A DNA stretch of 63,133 nt, the filler included, from Chiloscyllium plagiosum (taxonomy: Eukaryota), in assembly GCF_004010195.1 (NCBI RefSeq). It is 5 parts of one record of this genome, joined end to end, with 100 filler letters (N's around TTAATTAATTAA, not from the genome) between each part and the next. Parts side by side here need not be neighbours in the genome. Positions count along the whole stretch, not along the records: positions 12,432 to 36,724 come from NC_057711.1; 4 more parts are not named here. One strand, 5' to 3'. How positions within the stretch are numbered: position 1 is the first letter of the stretch; every line of letters begins with the position of its first letter. The notes under the pieces are model-generated. The model was not told where the DNA came from. It saw only the letters and a list, made by a program, of their open reading frames with translations, and made no database searches. Below, piece after piece: positions 12,816-26,269 of the stretch. The position numbers and the translations under genes were made by a program.

Positions 12816-13494
12816 CTACATCCTTTCTATTTTGTGCTGATAGAGTCTCATACAGCTGTGACAGCTCCAACTTTCTAATCAACGCTATGACCAATTAAGG
12901 CTAGCATGCCATTCATCTTTCCCATCTTAACTAGTTGGGTTGCCACTTTCAGGGAGCTTTTAGGCTCACACCCCACGAGCTCTTCATTACAGAATGGTAA
13001 CTTTGCTAGAATTGTGACAGTTTTAACTTGGTCACTGCATGCTGTGATTGCCTGCTATCTTAGTGCTGGTGCATGAGGAAGGTAAGTACACACAATAATG
13101 GCAGCCAGGCAGTATATATTTTATTGTCACCTAGCATGTTGTTATGTAGTTGGCAAGTGCTTTCATTAATAGAAATTCTAAATATTGACCTCTAGCCCAT
13201 CAGTTGAATACGTCTATCCATGATCTTTGAACTTCATCTATCAATACTTCAAGCAAGGCTTTCATAGTCTCACAATACCAAGAAGTATAGATTGATGGCT
13301 TGTATCACTATCAAACAGTCCGTGTACCTTTTAAATCTTTTTTAACATTATCAGCTTTATTCAATCATAAAAGATAATCTTTCAAACTTAATTTTTCTGA
13401 GTTAAGCCTTTAATGTTGTTTGAATATGAGTGATGCTTCAGGAGTTTTTCAGCGAGTATCTAAATTGATTAAGTGCATATCAGCTGGGAACAGG

Positions 13495-13785
13495 GAAAAG
13501 TACTTGCATTTCTGTAACGCTACTAACATTCACTGAATACCTCACAATGTTTTATAGTTAATGAGCATCTTTGAAATGTAGGCATTGTTGTAATGTAAGA
13601 AATGTGGCAGCCAAATTATCGCAAACAGCAACGTGATGAGGATCAGAAAATCAGTTTTTGTGATGTTGATTCTGGGGTAAGGTAAACAAGGGCACCAGGA
13701 TAACTGTCCTACTCTTCTTCAAAATTTTGAATCTTTTATATGCACCAGAGCAGGCAGATGGTTTAACGTTTCATTTGAAGATGGT
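13495..13785 (-). mobile_element. Ancient Deu-domain SINE (SacSINE1/AmnSINE-like)
   Basis: TTGTTGTAATGTAAGAAATGTGGCAGCCAA..TTTTTGTGATGTTGATT..GGATAACT..CTCTTCTTC resembles recalled DeuSINE core. Confidence 0.55.
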
Positions 13786-13789
13786 TTGG

Positions 13790-13926
13790 AGTCGTAGAGT
13801 CAAACAGCATGGAAGCATGCCCTTCGGCCCAACTCGTCCATACTGACCAGGTTTCCTAAACTGAACTAATCCTATTTGCTTGCAAATGGCCAATATCCTC
13901 TCCACCGTCCTATCCAAGGACCTGTG
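13790..13926 (-). mobile_element. CR1 3' tail fragment
   Basis: CCCTTCGGCCCAACTCGTCCAT motif shared with other CR1 ends in the window. Confidence 0.75.
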
Positions 13927-16800
13927 TGTAGTGATTGAAACCAAGTGGATCTCATCGAATATGAGATTCTTGATTCGCGTTTTTAGCCTGGGCCAGTCAA
14001 GGACCCTTGGTTCACAGATATAAACAAGAGATTCAAAAGGTCATCTCAGCCTAGGGACTGGCTTTGAGTTGGCTGATCAGAACTCATGTATTGTGCACAG
14101 GTAAATAAAGGGTGACGTGGTGACAGGATATCGGCCTCTGTGCAGTTATTTGGTGGTGGAGATGAGCTGTGGCCAGTATTGGCATTTCTGTTGTCGCTTC
14201 AACCTCCTCCCCAAGTGTGGCAATATCAGGAGGCTGGAAAGCAAGGGAATCATCAAACTAGTGCAGTAGCAGAAGTCGTACTGATTGTGAAGCCTAATGG
14301 CTCAGTTCATATTTGTGGGGATTTTAAGCAAATGGTAAATTGCTTATCGCAACTGGATAAATACCAATCCCTCACATAGAGGACTTGTATGCAAAACTGG
14401 TGAGGGGTATGTCCTTCATGAAGCTGGACATGAAACAGACCTACTTGTAATTGCAATTTGATGAAGAGTCCAAGACACATGCCACAATTAACACCCATAT
14501 GGCTTTGTACCAATATACAAGACTGCCATTTGAGCCATCATCAGCCTGCACCCCTTTCCAGTGGATGATGGAAAAGATTTTACAAGGTCTACCCCAGGTT
14601 GCCATTTATCTGGATGATGTGCTAATAAACAGAAGACCAATAAAGAGCATGTGGCGAACCTGGACATAGTGTTCAAGTGTTTCTCCAATGTGGGTGTACA
14701 CCTCAGAAAGGAACCATGTGTTCCAGGCACTCCAAGGGACCTATTGGACTAGAGAGTTGACAGGTTGCACCCGTTGGAAGACAAAGTGAGAACGCTCAAA
14801 GATCCTGGCCTCCACTTTACGTATTTCCTTGGGTTCATGAATTATTATGAGAAATTCATATGTACTGTTGCCTCCATCTTGGCAGCCTTATACCTGCTAT
14901 TGAAAAAGGACCAGCCTTGGAAATGATCCTATCATCAAGAAGTAATCTTTAAGGAAGTGCATAAAGCAACTATTGCCAACTAGGTGTTGGCCCACTACAA
15001 ATCCAAATGGAAAGTGGTGCTGACATGCGATGTCTGTTGGGGGTACGGTATGCTTACTGTTGCTGCAATGGAGAGCAACACCTGATCGTTTATGCTTCCC
15101 GGACATTGGGTGATGTTGAAAATAAATATGTCCAGGCAGTAAAAGAAGGTTTGGTGGTCATCTTTGGTGTGAGAAAATTCCACCCATACCTTTATAGATG
15201 TAAATTTGTCATAGTAATGGACCACAAGCCCCTGCTAGGGTTAGTTAGAGAAGACAAAGCTGTGCCCATAGATTCTGGTTGAATTCAGCAGTGAATAAGT
15301 AATTACAAGTTAGAATGTCATCCAAGAGGCCAAGTGGCAAATGGAGATGCCTTGAGCCGCCTCCCATTGGCAGATACTGCACTGGTGGTGCATCCCTGGA
15401 AGAGTTTGCTTTGGATTTAAACTTTCTGGACACCCTTCCTGTTACTGCTGACAATATCTGACTGTGGATACACAAAGATCCCATACTGGCAAAACTAAAG
15501 CAGCTTTTGTTAATGGGGAAAACAGAAGGGCCATCACAACAAGGATTGAAACCTTTCTGGACCTGGTGAGACCAGATCACTGTAAAGAATGGCATATTGC
15601 TATGGTGAGCAAGAGGGATTGTCCCAAGAAAAGGTCATTGCCACTTACTATCTGACAGGATCCTCTAACAGGATCATCCAGGAGTTTCCAAGATGAAGAT
15701 GTTGGCAAAAGCTTATGTCTGGTGGCCAAGATTGGATGCTGACACGGCTGCATTGGTGGGGCAGTGCCAAGAGTGCCAACAAGGACAAAGGTTACCCCCG
15801 GCAACACCCCTAAATTTGTGGGAATGGCCGGGTAAACCTGGGACTCAGTTACATGTTGATTATACCAGCCCTTTCATTGGCTCAAAGAACCTGTTCATTG
15901 TGGATGCCCACTCAAAGTGGTTGGGCATGCATAGAGTTCATGTGGCAAACCCAGGGATGATGACTGAAAAGCTGCAAGTGTCATTCACAATATACAGGTG
16001 CCTGGAAGTATTCGTCACAAACAATGGGGCCTCATTTAGCAACAGAGAATTTGAGTATTTCCTAAAATCGAATGGCGTTCAGCATGTTCAGATAGCTCCA
16101 TACTGACTATTGTCGAAGGGTCTAGTGGAAAGAACAGAAGTTTAAAACTGATATGCCCGGACCTGGGGGCGGATAGCGTGAAACAGCAATAGGAACCCCA
16201 ACACTAAGCAAGAGAGACAGTTTATTTCAGGGGATGGAGTTCGGTATTGAAACTACAGAAATGGCCCTGCATTGTTACAAGACAAAGTTGATGTGACATC
16301 AGGTCCTGCGACATACGAAGTTTGGATAGGTGAGGTGGTCCTGAACAAACAAATGGATCACATGAAAGCTGCTGTCTCGTAAACGTCACAGGAGCAAAAG
16401 CATATCTGGCCCCTCAAAATAGCCGGAAAGGCTGTCAGAAACCATGTATTCTCCCCCTCTGTCTAATGTTGAGGAAACCTCAGAGTCCAAGGTGAATTCA
16501 GCCTTGATGAAGAGGAGGAAGCTCTCCCAAGACGCCCTGGGTGCAAGAGATGGATTATGGTCCAGCACATGCTGCCTGTGTCTGAATCTGATTCAGAGCA
16601 ACTGGATCTGAGGCAAAAACATCCCAGGAGAAGCTACGAAAGAAAGAACAGGCCTAATCTCTAGACTTAGTAGAGGAGGGATGTAGTGATAAGAACCTGG
16701 GCCAGGTGGATTCCATTGATTATGAGATTCTTGACCCCCTGGTTGTTAACCTGGGAGCCTTGGCTCCCTGGTTGTTAACCTGAGCCAACCAGGGAACCAA
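13927..16800 (+). mobile_element. Gypsy LTR retrotransposon, decayed, gag/protease deleted
   Basis: 5' LTR starts TGTAGTGA at 13927; RT ICGDFK, LYQYTRLPF, YLDD 14607-14618; RNase H IVYASRTL..DHKPL; integrase VWWP..CQECQ, LHVDY; purine tract 16669-16681; 3' LTR starts TGTAGTGA at 16682. Confidence 0.9.
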
Positions 16801-16809
16801 GGCTTACCA

Positions 16810-16950
16810 TTACATGTAGATAACACCTACTGATGTGCCTCTATGTATCTCCTTAGTCACCTCTTCAAAAATTTCAATCCAATTTGTGAGACAGGGTTTC
16901 CCACATTCAAAGTAATGCTGACTATCCCGAATCAATCCTTGCCTTCTCTG
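16810..16950 (-). mobile_element. CR1 RT fragment
   Basis: LIRDSQHYFECGKPCLTNWIEIFEEVTK. Confidence 0.8.
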
Positions 16951-18637
16951 ACAGTGCAGTATTCCCTCAGTACTATATTCGAGTATATTTTTGTGCTCCA
17001 GGAGTGAGACTTGAACCCAGAATCTTATGACCATGGGGAGTTGCAAGCCAAAAGGAAGAAAGTGAAAGAACTGAATCAAGAAAGTTAAAGGCTATGCCTT
17101 TGTTCAGTGATGTCACCTTAGATGTGTTGTTGAGGGTTGTGAAGACACAAAATTATACTTCCCAAATATCAGCAGGCAGAAATTGATTGGTGATGTCCCA
17201 GCATGGTTAGAGTTACAGAGAATGTTAGCAATAAGAGAATAAGAGTACCACACACCTAGATACAATATCGGAAGCAGTTCAACGCACCATGCAGAGTAGG
17301 AAAAGTGAGAGAAATTGTACATCTGCCTTTATCATAATTTAAGTTTCATCTCTATGCAATTCCTCACATCTCCATCTGTCTAGCCAACCACTGACACTTA
17401 TCTACATCGTTATGAAATATTGAGGTTTTCACTGTTGGTCACAAATGCTCTCCATCCAATCTACCAACATATGCTGTAACATTGTGTGGACACATTCTAT
17501 TACGGTCACTCAAGGGTTTTTATTTTTCCATTCTTTGCTGGAATAAAGAACACAGAATCCAAGGGAAAGGCAGAAAATAAACCCTCCGCAGATCTCAAAC
17601 CTAGCAAACACAGAAGAGGAGGCAAGGCATGTAATGACTTTTCAGTGCATCTGCGTTTGAAAAGGAGGAAATGAAGGCCTCCAAACTATCTGCTGATAGA
17701 ATTAAAAGTCAGGCATAACATGACATAATCTCTCATGTGTTGATATTGTTTTTCATCCTTAGGGTCTTCACACATTGGCAGTGGGTGGTACAGCTAGCTA
17801 ATGATAATTCCTCAATTAGTGCCTTCTGTGTGTACAATGTCATGGATTCATGTAGACCATGCACCAGCTCAGATACTCCCTCTCCTCTTGGACTGATATG
17901 CAAGATTGGTGAGCTTTCAAATAGTGACTCAAACGATATGAATGAACATAAGCAAATGATGTTAGTAGGGAAAGCAGTGAGGGCTGAAGTTGCGAAACAC
18001 AAAATGCTCAAACTCTGTTAAGCTGGAAGCAATTGCTGTACTTAAGGAGACTTTGACAAAGTGAATACCTCTAGAACATCACCATATTATCTGGCTACAT
18101 TGTACAGTTATGCAGACAGATAGGAGGAGCTTGTCTCTACCACAAATAGAATAACATCATAGGACTGTGCTTGATGTCTTTGTCAATGGAGAAAATGGCC
18201 ATCTGTGCAGACCATAAAGTATGATGACCAAATGAATGCATTTAGGCCTTCAATAATGGTTTGTTCATGATGAGAAGAAGTTATATTCCTCCTCTAGAAA
18301 CCAGAAACTGAGTGCTCATTGCCATCCGTTTTCCCACTGATTCAGTCAGGGGTTGGAAGGGTTGAGGATAATATCCTCACGAGAAGCCAATGAAGATTTT
18401 AAGGGCCTTATCCTATTCTACACACAGCAGTGGAAGGGTGGAGGTGAAAGTTGGAGAGGCCACAAGGTGGTCGACTTCCTGTTGGCTCAGTTGGAACCTC
18501 TTCAATGGTCACACTGTGGCCCAGAAAGGGATCACAGCAGCAAGACTTGCCTCTCTGAAAGTGCTCGCTATACTTTCCACACAACTACAGTTCTCTCCTT
18601 CACCAGGACCTGCCTGACTGACACCAATGAATCCATG

Positions 18638-18830
18638 GTAGACAAGCAGAAGGCTGGAAGAACACAGCAAGCCAGACAGCATCAGGAGATGGAGCAGTCA
18701 ATATTTCGGATAAGAAGGGTTACACCCAAAATATTGACTTATTCACTCCCTGATGCTGCCTGGCTTGCTGTGTTCTTCCAGCCTCCTGCTTTCTACCTTG
18801 AATTCCAGCATCTGCAGCCTTTTTGTCTCT
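18638..18830. mobile_element. Fold-back PLE mini-element, aged
   Basis: Inverted arms AGGCTGGAAGAACACAGCAAGCCAG / CTGGCTTGCTGTGTTCTTCCAGCCT; imperfect TSD (12/15) at 18623-18637 and 18831-18845. Confidence 0.7.
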
Positions 18831-19347
18831 ACCAATAAGCCCATGCCACTCATCCTCCTATTGGCCAGCAACTCTTCAAGGTAAACACTTCACATTTAAA
18901 GGCACAGAAAACTCAATGACTGACAGTTAACTAGAAAGTGGAGACTCAGCTCAAAGCAATTCCTCTTCTCAGCCAATGACTCCCCATTAGTTCTGTCAGC
19001 ACAACTTGTATGTCAGATTGACGTTTAATTCCTCTGATGTTGCCAGACATGGTTTCGGCAGAATTGCTGCCATCTTTCTGGCTGTTGGCCATGGCAGCAT
19101 CCTCAGCCATTAAATTCAGCCCTGTGAATACCACTTTCAAGAGGGCATCCGAATCCCTTGCCTTGCCCGTTCACAAATCATCAGCCAACTCCCCTTCTGC
19201 TCATTACTGGAAGTAAAGAATGGCTGGGCCCTGAGAGGAATGATGCCGGCAACGGTCATTGACAAGGAGTCTCACTCCAAACAGCTCCACTTCTTAACTA
19301 TTGCAACATTCTCCACTCCATCCAGCTCAATCAACACCACAAAAACA

Positions 19348-19642
19348 GCACGGTGGCACTGCTGCCTCACAGCGCCAGAGACCTGGGTTCAATTCCCGCC
19401 TCAGGCGACTGACAGTGTGGAGTTTGCACATTCTCCCCGTGTCTGCGTGGGTTTCCTCTGGGTGCTCCGATTTCCTCCCACAGTCACAAAGATGTGCAGG
19501 TCAGGTGAATTGGCCATGCTAAATTGCCCGTAGTGTTAGGTAAATATGTTAGGTAAATGTAGGGGTATGGGTGGGTTGCGCTTCGGCGGGTCGGTTTGGA
19601 CTTGTTGGGGCCTGTTTCCACACTGTAAGTAATCTAATCTAA
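19348..19642 (+). mobile_element. HE1 V-SINE
   Basis: Box B GGTTCAATTCC, V-domain, (TCTAA)n tail. Confidence 0.9.
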
Positions 19643-19749
19643 TATTAGTCACCCACTTCACAATGCACCATCATGTTACTTGGGGACTTCGATATATTAC
19701 AGTTCAGATTCTACACACCAGAAGACTGAGCAGTGTAGAAGTCTAGGAG

Positions 19750-20061
19750 ATAGATTACATTACATTACATTACAGTGTGGAAACAGGCCCATCGGCCCAA
19801 CAAGTCCACACCGACCCGCCGAAGCGCAACCCACCCATACCCCTACATTTACCCCTTATTACCTAACAATTTAGCATGGCCAATTCACTTGACCTACACA
19901 TCTTTGGACTGTGGGAGGAAACCGGAGCACCCGGAGGAAACCCACGCAGACACGGGGAGAATGTGCAAACTCCACACAGTCAGTCGCCTGAGTCGGGAAT
20001 TGAACCCGGGTCTCTGGCGCTGTGAGGCAGCAGTGCTAACCACTGTGCCACCGTGCCGCCC
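19750..20061 (-). mobile_element. HE1 V-SINE, near full length
   Basis: Reverse complement of GGGCGGCACGGTGGCACAGTGGTTAGCAC.. with (TGTAA)n tail. Confidence 0.92.
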
Positions 20062-20364
20062 ATTCATATTTGAGCAGTAGTCTTCATCTTTGGCACATGC
20101 ATAACACTGACTATTGTGGATCTGTCACCCATTATGAATCTTGACCAGTTTACGTCTGCTGACTTATGTAATGGAGTCTGATCCACAGTAAGTTTTCACA
20201 CATGCTTAAAATTTAAATGGCCCCTTTAGACTTTTCAACCTTGAAAGGTGAATAATTAATTATTTTACAGATGTAGGTAAGGGAGTAAATGTTATGTAGA
20301 AGGTAGATCCAACATGCTATAATGGTTAGCTTAAATTAGGAGAATAAGGGAACTCAAGTTTAAA

Positions 20365-21040
20365 TAGGTCACAGGTAGAGAGATGGATAATGAAGAAGGC
20401 GTTTGGTATGCTTTCTTTTATTGGTCAGAGTATTAAGTACAGGAGTTGGGAGATCATGTTGCAGCTCTATAGGACATTGATTAGACCACTGTTGGAATAT
20501 TGCGTCCAATTCTGGTCTCCTTCCGATGGGAAAGATGTTGTGAAACTTGAAAGGGTTCAGAAACGATTTACAAGGATGTTGTCAGGGTTGGACGATTTGA
20601 GCTATAAGGAAAGAGAGGTTTTATAGGCTAGGACTGTTTTCCCTGGAGCATCAGAGGCTGAGGGGTGACCTTATAGAGGTTTATAAAATCATGAGGGGCA
20701 TTCATAGGATAAATAGACAAAGTCTCTTCCCTGGGGAGGGGAGTCCAGAACTAGAGGACATAGGTTTAGGGTGAGAGGGGAAAGACATAAAAGACACCTA
20801 AGGGGCAACATTTTCACGTAGAGGGTGGTACATGTATGGAATGAGCTGCCAGAAGAAGTGGTGGAGGCTGGTACAGTTGCAACATTTAAAAGGCATCTGG
20901 ATGGGTATATGAATAGGAAGGGTTTGGAGGGATATGGAGCGGATGCAGGCAGGTGGGACTAGATTGGGTTGGGATATCTGGTTGGTATGGACAAGTTGGG
21001 CCAAAGGGTTTGTTTCCGTGCTGTACATCTCTATCACTCT
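20365..21040 (+). mobile_element. CR1 3' fragment
   Basis: LYRTLIRPLLEYCVQFWSP..LERVQKRFTRML and 3' UTR. Confidence 0.9.
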
Positions 21041-22529
21041 ATAATAAAAGAATTAGAATGGATAACAATAACGTATTTACACAAAATGTAATTAACATGG
21101 AGAGTAGACTTTCAGGTAGGTAGGGAAGTCATTTAAGGAGCAGTTTAGAATTTTGCCATCCTGACTTCAGGATAGAATGCTGCCTCCCTGATGCTAGGGT
21201 CAATGATGTCTCAGGAAGGATACAGGACATCTGGATCGTGGAGGTGAACAGCCAGTGGTCATGGTACACATTGATAACAAACATAGGTTTTAAAAAGGAA
21301 CAAGATCTTGAAAGCAAAATATAGAGACTTACAAAGCAAGCAGGGCTTCAATGGTAGTGATCTCAGGATTACTACCAATCCACATGCTAGTCAGAGTAGA
21401 AATAGCAGGATATATCAAATGAACGCATGGCTGAAGAAATGCTGTGAGGAGGAGGATTTCTCACACCTGGGGCATTGGGACTGTTTTGGGTAGGTAACAC
21501 CTGGGCAGGACAGGGACTGATGACCTCAGAATATTTGCTGGAGTGGTTGAGGAGGGTCTAAACTAAATTGGCAGGGTTTTGGAAACTTATGCAAGGAGTC
21601 AAAAGAAGATGAACCAAGGACATAAAGAAAAGTCAAAAGAAAACAAGAAAGTGCTAGACTGAGAAATCAAAGTCCAGAATCAAACAAAGACACAGTAAAA
21701 AAAAGTAAGAATGGGACAATGAATATTAAGAAGACAAGGCTTTGTGCTGAAGTCATGGGACATTAAAAAAGAAGAAATTAATTACACAATTAGATGTAAA
21801 TGAATGTGATTTAATGGACACATTGTGACATGAATGCTGGATGACCAGGAATGGGAACTGAACATCCAGAGGTATTCAGTACTTCGGAAGAGCAAACAAA
21901 AAGGAAAAGTTGGTAGAGTTGCATTACTGATTAAAATGAAATAAATACAATATTGAGGAAAAGTATTAGCTCAGACAATGTAGAATCTGTATGGGTAAAA
22001 TTGATAAGTAGCAAAAGGCAAAAAAGCATTAGTGGGGGTTGTGCGTAGACCACAAAACTGTGATGGTGATGTTGGGAATGGCATAAAACAGAAAGTCAGA
22101 GATGTATACAGTAAAGAAAATCTGTAATTATGGGTGACTTTTATCTGCAAATAGATTGGACAAATCAAATTCATCACCATAAATTAAAGGAGTTCCTAGA
22201 GTGTACTTGGATGGTTTCTGGACCAATAAGTTGAGGAACCAACTAGAGAGCAAGCCATCTTTGACAGGATATTGTGCAATGAGAAATAAATAATTAGTTA
22301 TTATAGTTGTGAGAGATTTGGGGATGAGTATCCACAATATGTTAGAATTTTTCATCAAGGTGGGGAGTGAGTTAGTTGATTCTAAGACTAGGGTCCTGAA
22401 TCTCAATAAGGGAAACTACAACAGTGTGAACTGGCTATAATGGATTGGGAAATGTTACTGAAAGAAATGACAGTGTATAGACAATGGCAAATGTTTAAAG
22501 AGTAAATAAGTGAACTCCAAAAACAGCAA

Positions 22530-25210
22530 AATTCACAAATGTTCTTGGAGGGACCTGTGGGAGAGCTCACAGCACAGGAACAGGTAGTTTTTAATGTGCA
22601 TAGTTTTTAATATGTAACCTTGCTGTAAGCTGACAGTAGTGATTGGAATGGATTCTTTCTTGATTATATGTTTTATTGAAATCAGTTTCTTGATTAAATT
22701 TTAAAAATATAAACCATAAGGACAAAGTTAGCCTGGAGCACTGTCTTTTTAGAGCAAAAAGATGGTGCTATTTTCTGGGTCTGTACATTGTGAAGGAGCA
22801 AAGATAGCCTTTAGTAGAGTGATATGTTCATCTTGTCAGATGTGGGAGTTTAGGGACAGTTTACATGTACTGAGGATTATGTCTGCAGGAAGTGTCTTTG
22901 CGAATCCTATCAGATCGATTGGATCAGTTTGAGTGGCAGTTAGAGGCAATGAGGAATTTACAAGAGCAAGGGGGTGTGATGGATGGCAGTTATAGGAAAG
23001 GAGAAAAGTCACAGATACAGTCAGGTAGATGGGTTAACTCCAGGAAAGGTGGGAGGTGTAGGCAGGTAGTGCAGGAGTCTTCTGTGGCTATCCCCATTTC
23101 AAACAAGGATGCTGTTTTGGAAAATATAGGGGGTGATGGACTCTCAGGGGAATATAGCAAAACAGCCATGTTTCTGGTATTGAGACAGACTTCAATGTAA
23201 TGAGGGGTACTCCAGATCCAAGCAATCAATTGTGAAAGGGGACTCTCTAATCAGAGGCACAGACAGATGTTTCTGCGGCCAACAGCGAAAAATCAGAATG
23301 GTGTGTTGTCTCCCTGGTGCCAGGATCGAGGATGTCTCAGAGAGGGTGCAGAATGTTCTCAAAGGGGAGAGGGACCAACAGGAGGTCATTGTAAACATTG
23401 GAACCAATGACATGGAAAGGGAAATAGATAAGATTCTGAAAGGAGAATATAAAAAGTAAGGCAGGAATTTACAAAGGAGGTCCTCAAAAGTAGTAATATT
23501 TGATTACTCCCAGTGCCTTGTACTAGTAAGGGTAGGAATAGGAGGATAGAGCAGATGAATGCATGGCTGATGAGCTGGTGCATGGGAGAAGTGTTCACAT
23601 TTTTGGATCATTGGAATCTGTTCTGGGGTAGATGTGGGGTAGAAGGATGGATTGCACCTGAATTGGAAGGGGACTAATATACTGCTAGAACTGCTCAGGA
23701 GGATTTAAACTAGTAAGGTTTGGGGGGTGGTGGGAATTGGGACCCAGGGAGATATTGAGGAAAGAGAGCAATTTGAGAGTGTTACAGTTGAGAAAAACAG
23801 TCAAGGCAGGCAGGCACAAAGCACAGGACACAGTAGAATTGATAAATTAAATGCATTTACTTCAATGTAAGAGGTCTAACAGGGAAGGCAAATTAACTCA
23901 GGGCATGGTGAGGAACATGGGATTGGGATATCATAACAATTACAGAAACGTGGCCCAGGGTTGGACATGACTGGCAGCTAAATGTTCCAGGATACAAATG
24001 CTAATAAAGAAGGAGCTAATATATTGATAATATTGATGAGGGCAGAGTGGTGGTCGTGATCTATATGGACTTCAATAATGCATTCGATAAGGTTCCCCAT
24101 GGGAAACTGGCTAGCCAGGTTAGACCTCAAAGAATATAGGAAGAACTAGCCATTTGGATACAGAACTGGCTTGAAGGTAGAAGACAAAGGATGGTGCTTG
24201 AGGGTTGCTTTTCAAACTGGAGGCCTTTGACCAGTGGAGTGTCACAAGGGCCAGTGCGAGATCCACTACTTTTCGTCATTTATATAAATGATTTGGATGT
24301 GAACATAGGAGGTACAGTTAGTAAGTTTGCAGATGACACTAAAATTGGAGATGTAGTGGACAGTGAAGAAGGTTACCTCAGGGTACAATGGAATCTTGAT
24401 CAGACAGGCCAATGGGCTGAACAGTGACAGATGGAGATTAATTTAGATAAATGCAAAGTGCTGTGTTTTGGAAAAGCAAATCAGAACAGGACTTATACAC
24501 TTAATGCTAAGGTCCTGAGGACTGTTGTTGGACAAAGAGACCTTGGAGTACAGGTTCATATTCCTTGAAAGTGGAGTCGCGGGTCGATAGGATAGTGAAG
24601 AAAGTGTTTTCCTTTATTGGTCAGAATATTGAGTATAGTAGTTGGGAGTTCATATTGCGGCTGTACAGGTTAGGTCACTTTTGGAATATTGGGGGCAGTT
24701 CTGATCTCCCCCCTATCGGAAGGATGTTGTGAAACTTGAAAGGCTTCAGAAAAGATTTAGAAAAAGGTTGCAGGATTTGAGCCATTGGGAGAGGTTGAAT
24801 AGGCTGTGGCTGTTTTCCCTGGAACATCGGAGACTAAGGGGTGACCTTATAGAGACTTATAAAATCATGAGGGGCATGGATAGGATAAAAAGACAAAGTC
24901 TTTTCCCAGGGATGGGAAGTCCAAAACTAGTGGGCACAGGTTTACAGTGAGAGGGGAAAGACATAAAAGGGACCTAAGGGGCAAAATTTTCATGCAGAAT
25001 GAGGTCCGTGTATGGAATGAGCTGCCAAAGGAAGTGATGGAGGCTGGTAGAATTGCAAGATTTAAGTGGCATCTGGATGGGTGTATGAATAAGAAGGGTT
25101 TAGAGGGATATGGGCCTGGTACTGGCAAATGGGATAGATTAGGTTGGAATATCTGGCCAGCATTGGACCAAAGGGTCAGTTTCCATGTTGTATATCTCTA
25201 TGACTCTGTG
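22530..25210 (+). mobile_element. Younger CR1 with ORF1 (Cys motif and SGNH esterase) and internally deleted ORF2
   Basis: CSSCQMWEF..DYVCRKC; GDSLIRG..CLPGARIEDV..NIGTND; APE start then jump at ~24003 to RT; FADD; TCTATGAC tail. Confidence 0.88.
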
Positions 25211-26269
25211 ACTTTATTGTTTATTCCTGTCTGGTGCAAGAGTGTAAAAAGAACAGTGACAAACCATGGCAGACAGAGAAAGTTAGAGATAGTGTTAGAC
25301 ACAAAATCAATCCATATAAATTGGCAAAACAGCAATAGATTTGAGGATTGCCACCAGTTTAGGAGTAAGTAATGGAGAATCAAGCAATTAATTGAAAAGA
25401 GGAAAATTGAGTGAATAAGCTTGTGTGGAATGCAAGAACTGACTGTAGTAGTTTCTATAAGTATAAGAGAAACAGACTGGTGGAAACATACGTAGGTCCC
25501 CTACAGTCAGATATGGGGGAATTTATAACAAGAAGCAATGAAATGCTGAAAAAATAAATTAATATTTCTTTTCTATCTACACAAAGGAGGGCATGAATAA
25601 TGCACCAAAACTGGTGGGGAATACAAGGTTTAGTGAGAAAGATGAACTGAAGTATTTGTAGAAAAATGGTGTTAGAGAAATTGATAAGATTGAAGGCTGA
25701 CAAATTCCTCGGGCCAAATAATCTACATCCCAGAGTACTTAAGGAAGTGGCCCTAGATATAGTGAATGCATTGGTGGTCATCTTCCAAGATTCTTGAGAC
25801 TCTAACAGTTCCTACAGATTAGAGGTTAGGTCATGTAAACTTACTACTTAAAAAGGGAGGTAGAGAGAAAACAGCAAATTATAGAGCAGTGAGTCTGAAG
25901 CGGTAGTGAAGATGCTAGATAGGATTTTATAGCAAAACAATTAGAAAATGGAGGTGGAATCAGATATAGTCAGCACAGGTTTACAAAAGGGAAATCATGC
26001 TTGACAAATCTACTGGAATTCTTCAGGGTTATAATTGGTAGAACTTATCAGGGGAGCCTGCATGTAGTTTATTTGGACTTCCAATAAAATCCCACATAAG
26101 AGATTAATGTGTGAAATTAAACATGGAGTTGGGAGTAGTGTATTGAAATGGATAGAAAGCTGTTTAGCAGACAGGTCACAAAGATCACAAATGATCATTT
26201 TCTGAATGGCAGAGAGTGACAAGTGGGTACACAGGGAATGGTACTTGCACCCCAGCTGTAGTCAAGACA

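Larger units (their letters stand above)
10350..12980 (-). mobile_element. CR1 3' fragment split by a Tx1 insertion
   Basis: CR1 sequence stops at 10808 and resumes after 12829; TSD CTACATCCTTTCTA at 10795-10808 and 12816-12829. Confidence 0.75.
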
